Assembly: GCF_037565025.1 (NCBI RefSeq)
Contig: NZ_CP148423.1
Length of the DNA stretch: 24,000 bases
Origin: Escherichia coli
GTDB lineage: Bacteria > Pseudomonadota > Gammaproteobacteria > Enterobacterales > Enterobacteriaceae
Direction: 5' to 3' (one strand)
Under the pieces are notes generated by a model. It saw only the letters and a program-made list of their open reading frames with translations, had not been told where the DNA came from and did not search any database. Below, one piece after another: positions 20,807 through 24,000 of the stretch. Positions within the stretch are counted from its first letter, which is position 1. Every line of letters starts with the position of its first letter. A program made the position numbers and the translations under genes.

Positions 20807-21982
20807 TTAATGCAATCCAAAAACGTTCAACATGGTAGAAAGTTTGACGCCTGTTTCGCGCCACTCACCCAACGGTGACGAAGCAGGCACAATCCCCGCT
20901 CCGGCAAACAGACGCACCTGATTTTCCCGCAGCTTCGCGCAGCGGATGGTCACCACCCATTCGCCGTTACCTTCGCTGTCACACCAACCCACAATGCCGC
21001 CAAACAGTTCGCGGTCGAATGGCTCCAGTTCAGCAATAACCTGGGTCGCGGCCTGATGCGGGAAACCGCTCAGCGCGGGGGTTGGATGCAGCAGACAGGC
21101 CAGAGTCAGTGCGTTTTCTTGCGAATTCGCTTTACCTTCAAAGGGAGTTGCGAGATGCCACAGCGTCGGCGTGGTAATCAATTGTGGAGAGGAGGGAACG
21201 TGTAACTCACTACTGCGTTCGCGCAGTACCTCTTTCATCGCCTGAGTCACCAGTTCATGTTCATGGCGATCTTTTTCTGACGCCAGCAGACGATTACCCG
21301 CTTCGCGATCGAGCACTTCATCCGGCTGACGACGCGCGGAACCGGCTAACGGAATGGAGCTAAAACGCTCGCCGTCTTTACGTAGCAGCAGTTCCGGGCT
21401 GGCCCCCAGCAGGACGCCACCATCAGCCAGCGGGACATGGAAGTTGTAACTAACCGGGTTTTGCGCAATCAACCGTTCCAGCAATACGCCACTATCAATG
21501 GCGGCGTCAGTGGTGATATCAATCAATCGTGACAACACCACTTTGTCGACCTGCGGCGTGGCGGTAAGTGCGGCGGCGCGGGCAACCATCTGTTCAAACG
21601 TGGTTTGTTCAGGAATTGCCTGGCGTTCCACCACGTTCAGCGACTGGCTGCGGGTAAAACGGCGGGCTGAGGTCTGTTTTTCCTGGCGGGAGAACGACTG
21701 CCAGGATTCGGGAATATACAGCGACGAAGGCTGACGTGGATCGAAGGGAATCGCCCCGACCATCACCGGATTTTTGATGCCCTGCGCTTTGGCATCGGCA
21801 AACAGCGCGGCGAGTTTTTGCTGGAAGGGACTGTCGGGCGAATCCCCGTTCACAGCCGGTTCATCGAAGCGGGCGAAACATCCTGACGTCGTAAAACTGC
21901 GGTACGGCGACATAAAGAAAAAGCGATTGGGCGCAAGTGTTGCCATGGTCTGCTGTACTTCCTCAGCCAGTGACGTATCCAT
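20807..21982 (-). CDS. entC: Isochorismate synthase EntC
   Basis: 391 aa from [30 protein letters not shown]; chorismate-binding enzyme motifs. The ORF track start at 21994 adds 4 residues. Confidence 0.96.
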   Translation of the reverse strand: MDTSLAEEVQQTMATLAPNRFFFMSPYRSFTTSGCFARFDEPAVNGDSPDSPFQQKLAALFADAKAQGIKNPVMVGAIPFDPRQPSSLYIPESWQSFSRQEKQTSARRFTRSQSLNVVERQAIPEQTTFEQMVARAAALTATPQVDKVVLSRLIDITTDAAIDSGVLLERLIAQNPVSYNFHVPLADGGVLLGASPELLLRKDGERFSSIPLAGSARRQPDEVLDREAGNRLLASEKDRHEHELVTQAMKEVLRERSSELHVPSSPQLITTPTLWHLATPFEGKANSQENALTLACLLHPTPALSGFPHQAATQVIAELEPFDRELFGGIVGWCDSEGNGEWVVTIRCAKLRENQVRLFAGAGIVPASSPLGEWRETGVKLSTMLNVFGLH

Positions 21983-22011
21983 ATCATCCTCCACAAAATG
22001 ATAAAGGCTTT

Positions 22012-22030
22012 AATAATGATTATCATTTAT
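22012..22030. promoter_or_regulatory. Fur box, entC side
   Basis: AATAATGATTATCATTTAT versus 19-bp consensus GATAATGATAATCATTATC. Confidence 0.87.
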
Positions 22031-22126
22031 ATTTTCGGTCGCTAACCTAAAAGCAAACGCGCACTATGTCAACTCTTGAGGTAACGCAATCTGCAACTCG
22101 GGGTTGCATCTGGTTGTGGTTACAAT

Positions 22127-22145
22127 GAAAATGAGAAGCATTAAC
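22127..22145. promoter_or_regulatory. Fur box, fepB side
   Basis: GAAAATGAGAAGCATTAAC, a degenerate match to the Fur consensus; located just upstream of fepB. Confidence 0.7.
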
Positions 22146-22170
22146 CTTATTAATAACAGGAAGCTGATTT

Positions 22171-23127
22171 GTGAGACTCGCCCCGCTCTACCGCAACGCC
22201 CTTCTATTAACAGGACTTTTACTTTCAGGAATAGCCGCAGTTCAGGCCGCTGACTGGCCGCGTCAGATTACTGACAGCCGTGGCACACATACACTGGAAA
22301 GCCAGCCGCAGCGTATTGTTTCCACCAGCGTCACCCTGACCGGCTCACTGCTGGCGATTGATGCTCCGGTGATCGCCAGCGGCGCGACCACGCCGAATAA
22401 CCGCGTCGCGGATGACCAGGGCTTTTTACGCCAGTGGAGCAAGGTGGCGAAAGAACGCAAACTGCAACGGCTCTATATCGGCGAACCGAGCGCCGAAGCC
22501 GTTGCCGCGCAAATGCCGGATCTGATTTTAATTAGCGCAACCGGCGGGGATTCGGCGCTGGCACTGTATGATCAGCTTTCCACCATCGCCCCGACATTAA
22601 TCATCAATTACGACGACAAAAGCTGGCAGTCGCTGTTAACGCAGCTTGGCGAAATTACCGGGCATGAGAAACAAGCGGCAGAGCGGATTGCACAGTTTGA
22701 TAAGCAACTGGCAGCGGCGAAAGAGCAAATCAAATTACCGCCGCAGCCGGTCACTGCCATTGTCTATACCGCCGCTGCACACAGTGCCAATCTCTGGACG
22801 CCGGAATCAGCACAAGGGCAGATGCTGGAACAACTCGGCTTTACGCTGGCGAAGTTGCCCGCAGGGTTAAACGCCAGCCAAAGCCAGGGCAAACGCCATG
22901 ACATCATTCAGCTTGGTGGGGAAAATCTGGCTGCTGGGTTAAATGGCGAGTCACTATTCCTGTTCGCCGGTGATCAGAAAGATGCCGATGCGATTTATGC
23001 CAATCCACTGCTCGCGCACCTGCCCGCAGTACAAAACAAGCAGGTTTATGCGCTGGGAACCGAGACGTTCCGCCTGGATTACTACAGCGCCATGCAAGTG
23101 CTGGAACGACTTAAGGCGCTGTTTTAA
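22171..23127 (+). CDS. fepB: Ferric enterobactin periplasmic binding protein FepB
   Basis: 318 aa with GTG start (GTGAGACTCGCC); signal peptide [26 protein letters not shown]. Confidence 0.96.
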   Translation: MRLAPLYRNALLLTGLLLSGIAAVQAADWPRQITDSRGTHTLESQPQRIVSTSVTLTGSLLAIDAPVIASGATTPNNRVADDQGFLRQWSKVAKERKLQRLYIGEPSAEAVAAQMPDLILISATGGDSALALYDQLSTIAPTLIINYDDKSWQSLLTQLGEITGHEKQAAERIAQFDKQLAAAKEQIKLPPQPVTAIVYTAAAHSANLWTPESAQGQMLEQLGFTLAKLPAGLNASQSQGKRHDIIQLGGENLAAGLNGESLFLFAGDQKDADAIYANPLLAHLPAVQNKQVYALGTETFRLDYYSAMQVLERLKALF

Positions 23128-23130
23128 GCA

Positions 23131-24000
23131 TTAACTGTCAGACGCTGTCACCTGCGGCGGCGTCTGGCGAAAACGTCGCAACTCCACCAGCACCAGCAAT
23201 AACAACACGCCGATAATCAACAAACCAAAACCGCTCGCGCTTGCGGAAGCAACCGGTGTCATCATCGCGCCCAAACCACCCAGCAGCGCCGCGCCTATGG
23301 CATCGCCCGTCACGTTCTGCGCCGTCCACAAACCGTTAATCCGCCCTAACATCGCTTCCGGGGTTTGCGTTTGCAGCATTGTATATTGCAGCAACGAACT
23401 AACCGCGCTCAGCCAGCCGAACAGCGCCAGACAAACCACGCCTAAAATCCACATCGGCATCAGGCCAAACAGACCAATGGCGAGGAACGCTCCCAGCGTG
23501 GAGAGCAGCATCAATAACCCTGGTCGCGCACTATGTGCCAGCTTCCCGCTGGTTAACGCACCAATAGCCGCGCCGAGCGGGATCGCCGCGTAGAGAAAAC
23601 CAATCTGTGCCGCTGACATCTGCCAGTTGTCAGCCAGCGCCGGATACAGTACCCGCACCGCGCTCGCCATCGTCAATAAACCACCCAGCAGCGCAATCCC
23701 GCCCACCAGCGGGCTGGCAAGCAGAAAACGAAATCCTGCCAGTAATGATTTCAACGGATGCTCACGCGGCTGCGGTGGCGGTGGCAACGCCGGAAGGCTT
23801 AACAACGGTAGCAAGGTAATAAACGTGCCCGCCGCCGCCAGCCCGTAGTTCCAGGCTACGCCACCGGTCGCTAGCAATAAACCGCCAATCATGGGCGAAA
23901 TCACCGACCCCAGACGCACGGTCAACATGGTGATCGCCCCGGCCTGCATTAAGTTTTCACGCCCTACCAGTGCTGGTGTCGCCGCCAATAGCGCCGTAAC
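23131..24000 (-). CDS. entS: Enterobactin exporter EntS (MFS), C-terminal part; 5' end outside window
   Basis: Minus-strand frame open through the window edge ([43 protein letters not shown]...). The ORF track start at 23988 is an internal TTG, not the real start. Confidence 0.95.
   Translation of the reverse strand, partial: VTALLAATPALVGRENLMQAGAITMLTVRLGSVISPMIGGLLLATGGVAWNYGLAAAGTFITLLPLLSLPALPPPPQPREHPLKSLLAGFRFLLASPLVGGIALLGGLLTMASAVRVLYPALADNWQMSAAQIGFLYAAIPLGAAIGALTSGKLAHSARPGLLMLLSTLGAFLAIGLFGLMPMWILGVVCLALFGWLSAVSSLLQYTMLQTQTPEAMLGRINGLWTAQNVTGDAIGAALLGGLGAMMTPVASASASGFGLLIIGVLLLLVLVELRRFRQTPPQVTASDS

Noticed and set aside
22012-22030. Palindromic AT-rich element considered as a mobile-element end
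   Set aside because: It is a Fur operator in a divergent iron-regulated promoter; no transposase or target-site duplication is present.
23131-23988. Apparent complete 285-aa ORF at the window end
   Set aside because: The start at 23988 is an internal TTG; the frame continues off the window, so it is a truncated entS rather than a short protein.

Overview
The window matches a core-chromosome segment of Escherichia coli or a very close Shigella relative, in the opposite orientation to the K-12 map. In order along the + strand it contains: citF(3' end)-citX-citG-citT, rna, rnk, a short ORF-containing gap, uspG, ahpF/ahpC (-), dsbG, ybdO, ybdN-ybdM, ybdL (-), ybdH, ybdD/cstA (-), entH-entA-entB-entE-entC (-), fepB (+) and the 3' part of entS (-). 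Identifications rest on my recognition of the translated proteins; no database was searched. Regulatory elements visible in the sequence include a Fur-controlled divergent entC/fepB region, tandem MetJ boxes between ybdL and ybdH, an OxyR-like array upstream of dsbG, a CRP-like site upstream of cstA, an attenuator-like leader before rnk and several hairpin terminators. I found no mobile element, CRISPR array, tRNA/rRNA or obvious new multi-gene system. The observations most worth a second look are: (1) a 29-codon hydrophobic micro-ORF in the rnk-uspG gap, where K-12 carries ybdR and this window does not; (2) the functionally obscure PAPS-reductase-like / ParB-like pair ybdN-ybdM; (3) unusual hairpins in the ahpC-ahpF and cstA-ybdD intergenic regions and downstream of dsbG.
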